From: an uncultured Solibacteraceae bacterium
Lineage (GTDB): Bacteria > Acidobacteriota > Holophagae > Holophagales > Holophagaceae
Length of the DNA: 64,000 nt
Direction: 5' to 3'
Assembly (NCBI GenBank): GCA_964589695.1
Contig: CAZPUI010000001.1
Span: forward strand, 29,866 to 93,865
Shown here: positions 8,100 through 16,415 of the stretch, piece after piece
Layout: each line of letters starts with the position of its first letter
Numbering within the stretch: position 1 is the first letter of the stretch
The notes under the pieces: model-generated
What the model was told of the DNA's origin: nothing
Seen by the model: the letters and a program-made list of their open reading frames with translations, nothing else
Database searches by the model: none
Translations under genes and position numbers: made by a program

Positions 8100-9293
8100 G
8101 TGGAGGTCCATTTGAGCACACCCCTGGATCGAAAGCGCCTTGACGAGTTGAACACTGCAGACTTGATGCTCCTAATTGAGAATCAAGTCTCTGAGGGCAA
8201 GACGATTGACTTTAAGCGCATCCTACCGGGAATAACCGATAAGGACAGAAAAGAGTTCCTTCATGATGTCGCATCTTTTGCGAACGCCTCGGGAGGGCAT
8301 CTTGTTTTTGGAATCGATGAGGCGCAGGGCATCGCAACAGAGATCTTGGGTCTGAGGGATATCGACCCTGATAAAGAGGCTCTTCGGCTGGAAGAAGTAA
8401 TAAGGAGTGGGATTCGTCCACGCATCTATGGAATTCAGATCAGGGGAATCACCATTGAGAACGGAGCATTTGTCATCGTTATAAGGATTCCCAAGAGCTG
8501 GAATCCACCCCATCAGGTGACATTCCAGTCTGATATGCGGTTCTCTGCGCGAGGCCAAAGAGGGAAATACCTGATGGATGTAGACGAACTCCGTTCCACG
8601 CTGGAGCTCGCAAACACCGTTGGCGAGAAGGCACGCAACTTCCGCCTTGAGAGGGTTGCGAAAGTGCTAGCAAATGAAACGCCTTCCCAGGGCATTGAGG
8701 GCGGACACGTCATTTTCCACTTTCTTCCACTTTCTGCATTCTCGGGTGGATCCAGTCTGGAGTTCGCCAGGAACCATGGACACTACCCGTTCGAGGTTCC
8801 GCCTTTAATGCCGGGGGGCTTTAACCACCGCTACTGCTTTGATGGCTATCTCTTCACGCAGGGTTACCCGAGTCAAAATTCCTATCGGCTATTTTTTCGA
8901 TCGGGTGTAATGGAATACGTTGATTTTTATCCTACTGGTCAGGACCCATATGCCTTCAGGCTAAATTCGATAGTGGTAGAAAATTTCGTCCGGCAATGTC
9001 TTGAGCACGCCTTGAAAACTGCACAGACACTCGAAATTGATCCACCTGCATTCGTCGCACTAAGCCTTACCGGAATGAAAGGTTGGATCTGGAGTGTTGG
9101 AGATAGGCTAGTTCAACCACCTATCTCACGCTTTGATCGAGATCCTCTGCTGTTTTCAGAGAACTTCTTGGATGGGTTAGATTGCAACCTTGATGAAGTT
9201 CACAAAACCATTGTTGATCCTGTTTGGCAAGCAACGGGTTGGGAGCATTCAATGAATTTCCAGCAAGGGAAATGGACACCGAATAGTCCCTAA
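8100..9293 (+). CDS. AlbA_2 / Schlafen-type 'divergent AAA' (AAA_4) DNA-binding-domain protein
   Basis: The N-terminal region is ...ENQVSEGKTIDFKRILPG...FLHDVASFANASGGHLVFGIDE.... It matches the E-x-x-x-[DE]FK ... FAN-x-x-GG-x-[LI]-x-[FI]G[IV] signature of PF04326-type domains. The region is lower in GC. The start (GTG 8100) is uncertain. Confidence 0.65.
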   Translation: MEVHLSTPLDRKRLDELNTADLMLLIENQVSEGKTIDFKRILPGITDKDRKEFLHDVASFANASGGHLVFGIDEAQGIATEILGLRDIDPDKEALRLEEVIRSGIRPRIYGIQIRGITIENGAFVIVIRIPKSWNPPHQVTFQSDMRFSARGQRGKYLMDVDELRSTLELANTVGEKARNFRLERVAKVLANETPSQGIEGGHVIFHFLPLSAFSGGSSLEFARNHGHYPFEVPPLMPGGFNHRYCFDGYLFTQGYPSQNSYRLFFRSGVMEYVDFYPTGQDPYAFRLNSIVVENFVRQCLEHALKTAQTLEIDPPAFVALSLTGMKGWIWSVGDRLVQPPISRFDRDPLLFSENFLDGLDCNLDEVHKTIVDPVWQATGWEHSMNFQQGKWTPNSP

Positions 9294-9302
9294 ATCCCTC
9301 TG

Positions 9303-10619
9303 TCAGACCGGCCTCTCCACCGTCACCGGTACCATCACCTGGTTCAGATGCCCGCCAGCGTCCGCAGCCTCCACGACGAGCTGCACGGGAAACCCTACGT
9401 AGGGCGCCCCACCCTCTGATTTCCAGGTCGCGGTGATCACCTTGCGCAAGGGATCCCAGTTAAGCGTCGGTGTCGTGCTCACAGGAAGGCCCAGATACAG
9501 CACCGTAGCCTTGAACTTTGTCGTGTCGATGTCATCCCGTTCAGGATCTGAAATCACGAAGGTCCAGGCTGCTGTCGCCCCTGCGGGGATAGTGGTCGGG
9601 TTAGTGGGAGCCGCCGTGAGGACCGGCCCGAGGTTGTTCCGGATGGTCAGGAAGAGCTCTGACACGCCCACCACACCGTTGGCATTGGCACAGGTCAGGA
9701 CCAGGGAGATCTTGCGGTCCAGCAGGACCGTATCCATCGGAACCGCCCAGCTCATGGTGGCGACCTTGGTGATAGCGTCCCACCTGACAGCAGGGGCTGG
9801 GGTCAGCTCTCGGCCGGAATACACGGCCACTGCCCGCAAACTCCCCTCCCGGATCGCGTCTCCATTCGGGTCCGTCACCTGGTAGCGCAGTTCCACACCC
9901 GTGCCTTGCTTGAGCTCCTGGGGAGGATTAAGGGCAGCCACAGTGGGAGCTGGATTCTTCTCGATGGTGATCGCTTGGAAACTCGAAGCCTTCAAGCCCA
10001 CGTTGTTTTCCAGCTCGAAATCCAGGATCGCTGAGCCGGCGGCACCCATCGGTGGCGTCCAGGTGATGAGCTTGGTCGCTGGATCGTAGAGTGCCCCAGC
10101 CGGCTGGCGGAACGAGCACTGGACTGAACCGGGATCGTCATCCTCGAACGCCACGCGCCACCGGAACACCTTGCCCTCCACAGGCGGCACCCCATTCACG
10201 ATGGGAGTGACAGTAATCGCCTGCGGTGCCTTCCGGATTTCCGGCTGCAGTTCCCAACTCTGGTGGGCTTTGAGCCCGGAGGAGCTGGTCGCAGTTAGGA
10301 CGAAGGTGCACTTCTGGCCTGCATGGTAGAGGGCCGGTCTCCAGACCATCCGCTCGTTGTCCAGAAGCTCTGCCCCAGAGGGCCCCGAAAGAGACAGGGT
10401 GTAGGTTCGCTTGCTCTCCATTTGGACCACGGGCCGGTACTCGTAGGTGAGGCCGGGTTTGACCGGCAGCCCACTGGCGAGAGCGGTGGGCGGGGTGGTC
10501 GCGAAGACCGGCGGGGAGTCCCGATCGACCGTTGTGTTCGTCACCGTGGCCGAGCCACCACAACCCACGACCAGAAGCGTGATGGCCAGGGCCAGACTGG
10601 ATGCGCGCAGAGAATCCAT
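9303..10619 (-). CDS. Surface/periplasmic lipoprotein with tandem Ig-like (cadherin-like) repeats; last gene of the virB8-virB10 operon
   Basis: I chose the start MDSLRASSLALAITLLVVGCGG (lipobox VVGC) at 10619, after GGGGAGGG. Internal ~100-aa repeats are visible: ...LRYQVTDPNGDAIREGSLRAVAVYSG...RWDAITKVATMSW versus ...WTFVISDPERDDIDTTKFKATVLYLG...NWDPLRKVITATW. Confidence 0.7.
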   Translation of the reverse strand: MDSLRASSLALAITLLVVGCGGSATVTNTTVDRDSPPVFATTPPTALASGLPVKPGLTYEYRPVVQMESKRTYTLSLSGPSGAELLDNERMVWRPALYHAGQKCTFVLTATSSSGLKAHQSWELQPEIRKAPQAITVTPIVNGVPPVEGKVFRWRVAFEDDDPGSVQCSFRQPAGALYDPATKLITWTPPMGAAGSAILDFELENNVGLKASSFQAITIEKNPAPTVAALNPPQELKQGTGVELRYQVTDPNGDAIREGSLRAVAVYSGRELTPAPAVRWDAITKVATMSWAVPMDTVLLDRKISLVLTCANANGVVGVSELFLTIRNNLGPVLTAAPTNPTTIPAGATAAWTFVISDPERDDIDTTKFKATVLYLGLPVSTTPTLNWDPLRKVITATWKSEGGAPYVGFPVQLVVEAADAGGHLNQVMVPVTVERPV

Positions 10620-10630
10620 ATTCCCTCCCC

Positions 10631-11227
10631 TCACCAAACGATCCCTGCGGCCAGCTCGATCGAGAGGCCACCGATCTTGGAGCCGAGCTTCCCTGCCTTG
10701 ACGTAGCGCAGGCTTGCTTCCCAGTGGCTTGTGGTCGTCTCGCCGTGGCTCCTAGTCCCCAAGCCCAGCCCCAGCCCGGTCAAGGTCTCCTGCAGCACGG
10801 AGGTCGTCGTGGTGGTGGGGCTCGAGGTCTGGCGCTCCACCCGAGCACGGTTGAGGGAGGGACCGAACCAGACGTAGGCCCCGCCACTGGTCACATTGCG
10901 GGTATGGAGGACAAAGCGGAACGTAGTGCGTGCCAAGGTCGTTGTGACCTGGGGAGCCCCCTTCCCCGATTCGAGGCTGAGGCTGCGCAACCCATCCAGA
11001 TCGATGCCGAATTCCGACCGTCCCGGCCAGAAGTGGAATCGCGTGACAAGGCCTGCCAGTGCAGCGAGCTGACGCTCGCCGTTGGAGGTCTCACTGAACA
11101 CCGCGTACTCCTTGGACGGGCTCCACCCCACCCCAAGGGACAGGCCGACCCTGAACCTGTCGTACTCGCCGCCGGCCATGAGGCACGGGGCCACACACAG
11201 CAATGCCAAGAGTCGAGCGATTCGCAT
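10631..11227 (-). CDS. Small outer-membrane beta-barrel protein (OmpW/OmpX-size)
   Basis: The signal peptide is MRIARLLALLCVAPCLMAGG. Alternating hydrophobic beta-strand patterns run through it and it ends in ...IELAAGIVW (aromatic C-terminus). The start lies 3 nt after the virB10 stop. Confidence 0.6.
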   Translation of the reverse strand: MRIARLLALLCVAPCLMAGGEYDRFRVGLSLGVGWSPSKEYAVFSETSNGERQLAALAGLVTRFHFWPGRSEFGIDLDGLRSLSLESGKGAPQVTTTLARTTFRFVLHTRNVTSGGAYVWFGPSLNRARVERQTSSPTTTTTSVLQETLTGLGLGLGTRSHGETTTSHWEASLRYVKAGKLGSKIGGLSIELAAGIVW

Positions 11228-11229
11228 GG

Positions 11230-12276
11230 TTACTTCTCCGAGACCCAGACCGTGCGGTGTGGCTTGGCCATGAGTGAAGTGACGAGGATGACCTTGGCCA
11301 CGGTGCCTTCCTCGATGGTGATGTCGGGCTGAATCTTGGTGAAACGCTGCAGCAGCTGCTGGCTCGCCTGCCCGATGGTGCTCATTGCATTCATCCGGGT
11401 CATGTCGCCCATGCTCTGCTGCTGGCCGTAGGGCGAGACGTTGTTGGCCCCCCCACCCGTGAAGGCGTTCACGACCGCGAGTGCCATGGTTCCACCGAGC
11501 ATCCTCCCCCAGTGGTAGTCCACCTTCCCATCCACCCCCGTGATGCCCACGCGGTTGGCAGCCATGACGGGGACGGCGATGGGGATCACGCGCCCACCCG
11601 GGGTCATAAACTGGGAGAAGGTGATTTTGCCGCGAGCCTCGGTGTCGGATCCCATCTGGGCACAGGCACCAATGAGCTTCGAGCCCCTGGGGATCACGAT
11701 CATCCGCACATCCACATCCCAGATGTCGTAGATCAGTTGCCCGATTACGACACCGGGAATGGAAGTGTTCACGGCTGTCAGGAGGCGAATCTCCGCAACG
11801 GTCCCCTGGGCAACGAAGCCGAGGCCCTTTTCCCTCGCGACGTCAGGTCCGTCTTCCAAAGCCAAGGCATCGAGAGCACGCGAGGCCTCACTTCCGGGGT
11901 TCTGTGGCAGCCTTTGGGCCACTGCACCAAGGCTGGGCGCTTGCTGACTGCGAATGGCTCCGAGCACCGACGCATCCTCGGGAGTGAGTTCCTGGCGCTT
12001 CTGTTCGAGCAGTTCCTCGTAAAGCTTTCGCATGGCAGAAGCGGCCTGCTCCTGCTCCTTCCGGACCCGACCGCTCGAGTCCGCTTGGGCCTGGGCCTGA
12101 TGCACCTGCAGGTCCATCAGGTATCGGGCGTCCCGCTCCTCCTGGGCCAACTGGTCGTCGGACAGGAAACGTGCAGGAGCCTTCGGCGCGGGCGCGGCAT
12201 AGGGCGTCGGCTTCCTTTCCTGGCTGTGGCCGGAGAGGCCAACCAATGAGAGGGCGATCCCAACGATGAGACGCAT
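11230..12276 (-). CDS. virB10: VirB10/TrbI family T4SS protein
   Basis: The C-terminal domain is ...VIPRGSKLIGACAQMGSDTEARGKITFSQFMTPGGRVIPIAVPVMAANRVGITGVDGKVDYHWGRMLGGT...IQPDITIEEGTVAKVILV, typical of TrbI/VirB10. N-terminal signal/anchor is followed by a coiled-coil and Pro-rich linker. Confidence 0.85.
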   Translation of the reverse strand: MRLIVGIALSLVGLSGHSQERKPTPYAAPAPKAPARFLSDDQLAQEERDARYLMDLQVHQAQAQADSSGRVRKEQEQAASAMRKLYEELLEQKRQELTPEDASVLGAIRSQQAPSLGAVAQRLPQNPGSEASRALDALALEDGPDVAREKGLGFVAQGTVAEIRLLTAVNTSIPGVVIGQLIYDIWDVDVRMIVIPRGSKLIGACAQMGSDTEARGKITFSQFMTPGGRVIPIAVPVMAANRVGITGVDGKVDYHWGRMLGGTMALAVVNAFTGGGANNVSPYGQQQSMGDMTRMNAMSTIGQASQQLLQRFTKIQPDITIEEGTVAKVILVTSLMAKPHRTVWVSEK

Positions 12277-12277
12277 G

Positions 12278-13369
12278 CTACCTCCGAATCAGTGCGGGGT
12301 TCGGGATGACCGTTACGTGGGGCGTGCGCGCCACGAAGTCGTCCTGCACCCGGTAGCGCGAGGCTGATGGCCGATGCGGAATGAGGAGACTGCTGCCATC
12401 CTTCTCGGGGCTGATGTCGCTCGGAGCCTTCAGGCTGGCGCGATAAGCCCGATCCGCTTCCAGCACCTCCGAGGGATTGTAGGGACGGGGTCGTCCGGTG
12501 AGATACCCGGCCTTCACCCACCGAGTCACCGTCACAGGGTCCTTCTGTCCGACGGGGACGTAGGCGAATTGCACCGGGTAGGCGCCCCCATCGATGTCGG
12601 GGCTACCATCCGCATTCAATCCAGATGTCTCCGCAACGGTCGTGGCTTCGAGGGGCAACCCCGTTTTTGGATCGATGGAAGCGGGGCCACCCATGGCCCG
12701 GGTGGTGTCCTGAACGTTCGAGGGCCTGCCAGCAGGCGCACCAGCCTTGGCCTGAGCCTGAGCCTGAGTCTGCTTTGCCTTGACGGCCTCCGCTGCCCCC
12801 CCGATGTTGCCGGCCCGGAGCTGCGCCAACTGCTGGAGCAGGGCCGGGTTCTTCTCTCGAAGCACGGCCTCCTGCTCCTTGGTCATGTTCGGCACTGCCG
12901 TGAGCTGGCCCTTGGTGCTGGCCGTGTTCACCCTGTTGAGCCAGGCTTCGGCTCTCCTGGGGTCATGCTCCAGGAGCAGTGTCTTGCGGGAGTAGTGCAG
13001 GTACTCCAGCTCCGCCGCGGCAGCATCCTCTGCGTCCCTGGAGGCCTTGGCCTCCTGTTCCTTCTTGGCCTGTATCTCCTGGAGGAGCTTCAGCGAAGCT
13101 GGATCTCCCACCGGCTGGTCGGGAGAGTTGCCGGCGAGCGTAGCCACCTGGTCGGCCTTGGCTTGGTTCCCCTTCTCCTTCGCAGCCCTGAGCCGCTCCA
13201 GCTGCACATCCGCGGTGCTCTTTTCCTGAGGGGCCGCGTTGTTTTTCTGGACGATCACGACCACGAGCCAAATGAGCAGCACCGATGCAGTCACTATGGC
13301 GTAGAACCTGAACTTGCCGCTGTTGTAAAGGTTGCCTGCGTTGCCAACTGGGAGTTGTTCATCATTCAT
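12278..13369 (-). CDS. T4SS-associated bitopic membrane protein with a long coiled-coil (family not recognised)
   Basis: I chose start ATG 13369 (MNDEQLPV...), after GAGGGGGG and 14 nt beyond the virB9 stop. There is a single TM segment (FYAIVTASVLLIWLVVVIVQ), then Ala/Lys/Glu/Gln-rich coiled-coil, then a C-terminal globular part. The stop lies 2 nt before the virB10 start. Confidence 0.6.
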   Translation of the reverse strand: MNDEQLPVGNAGNLYNSGKFRFYAIVTASVLLIWLVVVIVQKNNAAPQEKSTADVQLERLRAAKEKGNQAKADQVATLAGNSPDQPVGDPASLKLLQEIQAKKEQEAKASRDAEDAAAAELEYLHYSRKTLLLEHDPRRAEAWLNRVNTASTKGQLTAVPNMTKEQEAVLREKNPALLQQLAQLRAGNIGGAAEAVKAKQTQAQAQAKAGAPAGRPSNVQDTTRAMGGPASIDPKTGLPLEATTVAETSGLNADGSPDIDGGAYPVQFAYVPVGQKDPVTVTRWVKAGYLTGRPRPYNPSEVLEADRAYRASLKAPSDISPEKDGSSLLIPHRPSASRYRVQDDFVARTPHVTVIPNPALIRR

Positions 13370-13382
13370 GGCCACCCCCCTC

Positions 13383-14321
13383 TCAGTTGGTCTGGAGCCA
13401 TGTGAAGATCGACTCGGCATCGCCGATCCGGACCACGCCCTTGTCCACAAGGCGCGGGATCACGAACACGTCGCGATCCCGCGGGTCGTTGCCGCTCTCC
13501 TGACGGTAGTTCAGGATGTTCCGCTTGCCCGCGGAGTCCACATGGAAGAACAAGGGCGACTCGTTGAGAGCTGATTTGAAGCGCACGAAGGTGCGCTCCC
13601 CATCGTTCACAACCGAATCCACCTCGAGCAGCTTGGGCTTCTGATTTTCGATTTTGTACCGCCGATCCGACTTCCGGACGAATTCGACCCCAGGGACGCC
13701 CCTGGGCGTATCTGGGGTGATGGTCCCTGGAACCGGTGGTGCCTTAGGCCCGCCCTTCGAGCCGGGCTGCGGGCCAGGCTGGGGGTCCAGGGAATCGACC
13801 GTTACATTCCGGCCTGAAGGCGTCCGAACGGGGGTCGTGGGGGAGGTGGGGGCGGGGAGACCTGCCGCGCCAGGCTGATTGGGCTGGCTTGGCGCCTGGC
13901 GGGGAGCAGGCGCCGTTTCTGGCTCTTGTTCCATGTCGGGTCTGAGAACGACCACCTTGCGATGGAAGTCCTGCTTGGTTCCCTCCACCAGATCAAAGGA
14001 GAAGATCCGGCCGCGTTCGGTCGCCACATGGATGTTGGTGGCGACCTTCTCCTCACTGGGACGCAGGGCGACCCAATTCCGGCCGTACTTCACTTCGAGC
14101 ACGCTGCCACGGATCCCCACCTCGACGCGAACAATGTCATCGTCTGCAGGGAAGAGCAGGATGGTCTTGTAGCCGACCTTGGTGCGGATGGTGTCAATGT
14201 CATCCTGCTCCGCTACGATCTCTGCGTATCCCCGTTTAAAGAGAACCTCGGTAGCGCCGAGGGTGCTGCACAACATCCACGCGCCGAGCAGGAACGCGAA
14301 GAAGCGGGTGATGGACCTCAT
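13383..14321 (-). CDS. virB9: VirB9/TrbG/CagX family T4SS outer-membrane-complex protein
   Basis: Signal peptide, then ...YKTILLFPADDDIVRVEVGIRGSVLEVKYGRNWVALRPSEEKVATNIHVATERGRIFSFDLV (VirB9 N-domain). A Pro-rich linker follows. The C-domain is ...NDGERTFVRFKSALNESPLFFHVDSAGKRNILNYRQ. Confidence 0.85.
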   Translation of the reverse strand: MRSITRFFAFLLGAWMLCSTLGATEVLFKRGYAEIVAEQDDIDTIRTKVGYKTILLFPADDDIVRVEVGIRGSVLEVKYGRNWVALRPSEEKVATNIHVATERGRIFSFDLVEGTKQDFHRKVVVLRPDMEQEPETAPAPRQAPSQPNQPGAAGLPAPTSPTTPVRTPSGRNVTVDSLDPQPGPQPGSKGGPKAPPVPGTITPDTPRGVPGVEFVRKSDRRYKIENQKPKLLEVDSVVNDGERTFVRFKSALNESPLFFHVDSAGKRNILNYRQESGNDPRDRDVFVIPRLVDKGVVRIGDAESIFTWLQTN

Positions 14322-14347
14322 AGATGGCTCCTATTTCTAAATGGAAG

Positions 14348-15193
14348 TTAATTGGCTGTCGGTTCGGTGAAGCCGGCCTTCTGGGCACCTGGGGCGTAGG
14401 ACTCGGTCGGGCCCGGGAGGCGCCGCACACCGCTATCCGCCTGGCTCGGATCGGCGAGCTCCACGTCCGCACCCTGGTATCGCGTAACCTGGTAGCGGAG
14501 CACCTTTACGCCGAGTGGGTTCCGCCGCACCCAGGCTTGCCGTAGGTCGTTGTCCGTGGTCTTGACGTAGTCGCCGAGCATGAATTCGAGGGCGATCTCG
14601 TGGCCGGTGGAAGTCCCCGGGCGATAGGCCCCCGTCTGGTCGCAATCGTCTAGGGCATAGCGAATGAAGGCCCTGGCCCCGCTCGATGCCCTCGCCTGGC
14701 CGAGGTTCTCGAGTCGGCACTGCAGGATGCGGACCCGCTTCAGGCCATTGCCGGTCGCGGCCTTGGCGAGGTCTTCACGCGCCTGTTTCACCCAACGCTC
14801 GAGACCATCACCGGTCAGGTAGATCCCGTTCAGTTCGATGGCTTCGGGGAGGGTGAAAGGATTGCGGGAGAACATCCGCATCACCAGGAGCTCGAGGCTG
14901 TTCACGACCTCGGGTTCCTCGGGGATGTACATCTCGTCCACCCGCACGGCCTCGGCGCGACCGACATCATTCACCCGCACGACGATGGGCAGGGTCCGCT
15001 TGAAATCGACCTGCTGCCTCCAGTGGATCATCAGCACCACGACGATCCCCATGGCCATGAGGACATTGGCAAAACGGCTAAGCAGCAAGGCGGTCTTGGG
15101 TGTCGCATGCAGCGCTACGAAATGCGCGCGAGCAAGCTTCATGTCCTCAAGCGTGTATGGATTCCGCTCGTCCGCCTTGGATGGTTTCGGCAT
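14348..15193 (-). CDS. virB8: VirB8 family T4SS protein
   Basis: N-terminal cytoplasmic tail, one TM segment (ANVLMAMGIVVVLMIHW), and a periplasmic domain. It ends with the VirB8-typical NPLG motif (RRNPLGVKVLRYQVTRY). Confidence 0.75.
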   Translation of the reverse strand: MPKPSKADERNPYTLEDMKLARAHFVALHATPKTALLLSRFANVLMAMGIVVVLMIHWRQQVDFKRTLPIVVRVNDVGRAEAVRVDEMYIPEEPEVVNSLELLVMRMFSRNPFTLPEAIELNGIYLTGDGLERWVKQAREDLAKAATGNGLKRVRILQCRLENLGQARASSGARAFIRYALDDCDQTGAYRPGTSTGHEIALEFMLGDYVKTTDNDLRQAWVRRNPLGVKVLRYQVTRYQGADVELADPSQADSGVRRLPGPTESYAPGAQKAGFTEPTAN

Positions 15194-15223
15194 TGCAGGC
15201 CTCCAGCATCCAGGCTTGGGCCT

Positions 15224-15236
15224 GCGGATTTTCTGG
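15224..15236 (-). promoter_or_regulatory. Element-wide upstream motif, copy 4 (sense CCAGAAAATCCGC)
   Basis: 31 nt upstream of the virB8 ATG (15193), in the 82-nt gap after the third virB6 paralog. Confidence 0.65.
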
Positions 15237-15275
15237 AGACGGGGAACAGAAGAAAAGGTGCCGTTGGCTGGACCT

Positions 15276-16415
15276 TTAGTGGCTCTTCAAATCCGCCTGA
15301 TACACCGATCGCAGGCTTCCATCCACCGCACCGCGCACCAACGCCCAGATCTCGTTCAGCAGGATCGCGATCAGGCCAAACAGGGCAAAGATCTGCAGGG
15401 ACAGGATCACGGCTCCGTACTTAGCCAGGATCCAGTTATAGCTCCCGACTTCGAAGGGATTGCTTCCGGCATTTGCACCCGTGATCATCACGCCGGAGAA
15501 AGCTGACCCGATGATCCCAGACGGCCCAAGCCAGAAGCTCGAGTCGTAGAGCGCGGACGCGAGCTGGCCCACGACGGCCGCTGCGATTGTGAGAGCAAGC
15601 ATCTGCTTGGCGATGTTGATCAGGAACCCCTGCAGGCTTCTGAAGTAGGCCAGAAGCACCAGCAGCGGAAGGAAGTGGAGGCACGCCTTCCACGCGAAGG
15701 CGATGAAGACGTAGTTCACGATGAGTGCCCTGGCCATCGCGATCTGCGTAAAGAAAAAGCTCATGTCTGCGAGCGCGTCGAACAGGGCCTTGAGAATGAG
15801 GTCCACCGCCGAGGTGACGAACTTGTCCAGCATCCCTGGATCCGAGGCGCCCTTGGCGGCGTCGAAGTTGCTGGCCTTGATGGCACGCTCCTGGGCGGCC
15901 TTGATTTCCTCTTTCCCCTTCTCGTAGATCTGGTGGTACTTCAGGCCCTCGACTGCAGTCAGGGCCTTCATGATGCCGGTCTTCATGCCGGCGACCGGCC
16001 TCGCAAGGAACTGGTTCTCCGTTCCGAGCCAGGAGCTGACCACCCTCTGCAGGGGGAGGGAGTCCTTCACCGCCGCATGAGTGCCGTCCATTCTGAATCG
16101 CACGTTGGACACGCCTGCGGCCCCGAGGGCGAGCACCAGGAAGACGAGAAGGCGCACCCCGTGGGTCGCGAATGTCCCGAACAGGCATCCCACTAGGCCG
16201 ATGAAGGTGCCTGACTGAAGGCCTTTGACGAGGGCCGTCAGGTAGTGGAACAGGAAGATCGCACTGATGATCATGAAGACTAGGTTCATCATCGAGCCGA
16301 TCGGCGCGATCGCATCCATGCTCGAAAAGACCGCTCCCGAGATGCTCTGCATCATCGAGACCATCATGGCGAAGTAGCTGTTCGCCTGTGTTCCCACATC
16401 CGGGAAGAGATCCAT
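15276..16415 (-). CDS. virB6: VirB6/TrbL-like polytopic membrane protein, paralog 3
   Basis: The true start MDLFPDVGTQ... is at 16415 (TGATG overlap with the upstream stop). The track's 594-aa version carries an Arg/Gly/His-rich N-terminal extension that I judge spurious. Multiple TM segments. Shares LLAYFRSLQGFLINIAKQ with the other two paralogs. Confidence 0.75.
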   Translation of the reverse strand: MDLFPDVGTQANSYFAMMVSMMQSISGAVFSSMDAIAPIGSMMNLVFMIISAIFLFHYLTALVKGLQSGTFIGLVGCLFGTFATHGVRLLVFLVLALGAAGVSNVRFRMDGTHAAVKDSLPLQRVVSSWLGTENQFLARPVAGMKTGIMKALTAVEGLKYHQIYEKGKEEIKAAQERAIKASNFDAAKGASDPGMLDKFVTSAVDLILKALFDALADMSFFFTQIAMARALIVNYVFIAFAWKACLHFLPLLVLLAYFRSLQGFLINIAKQMLALTIAAAVVGQLASALYDSSFWLGPSGIIGSAFSGVMITGANAGSNPFEVGSYNWILAKYGAVILSLQIFALFGLIAILLNEIWALVRGAVDGSLRSVYQADLKSH

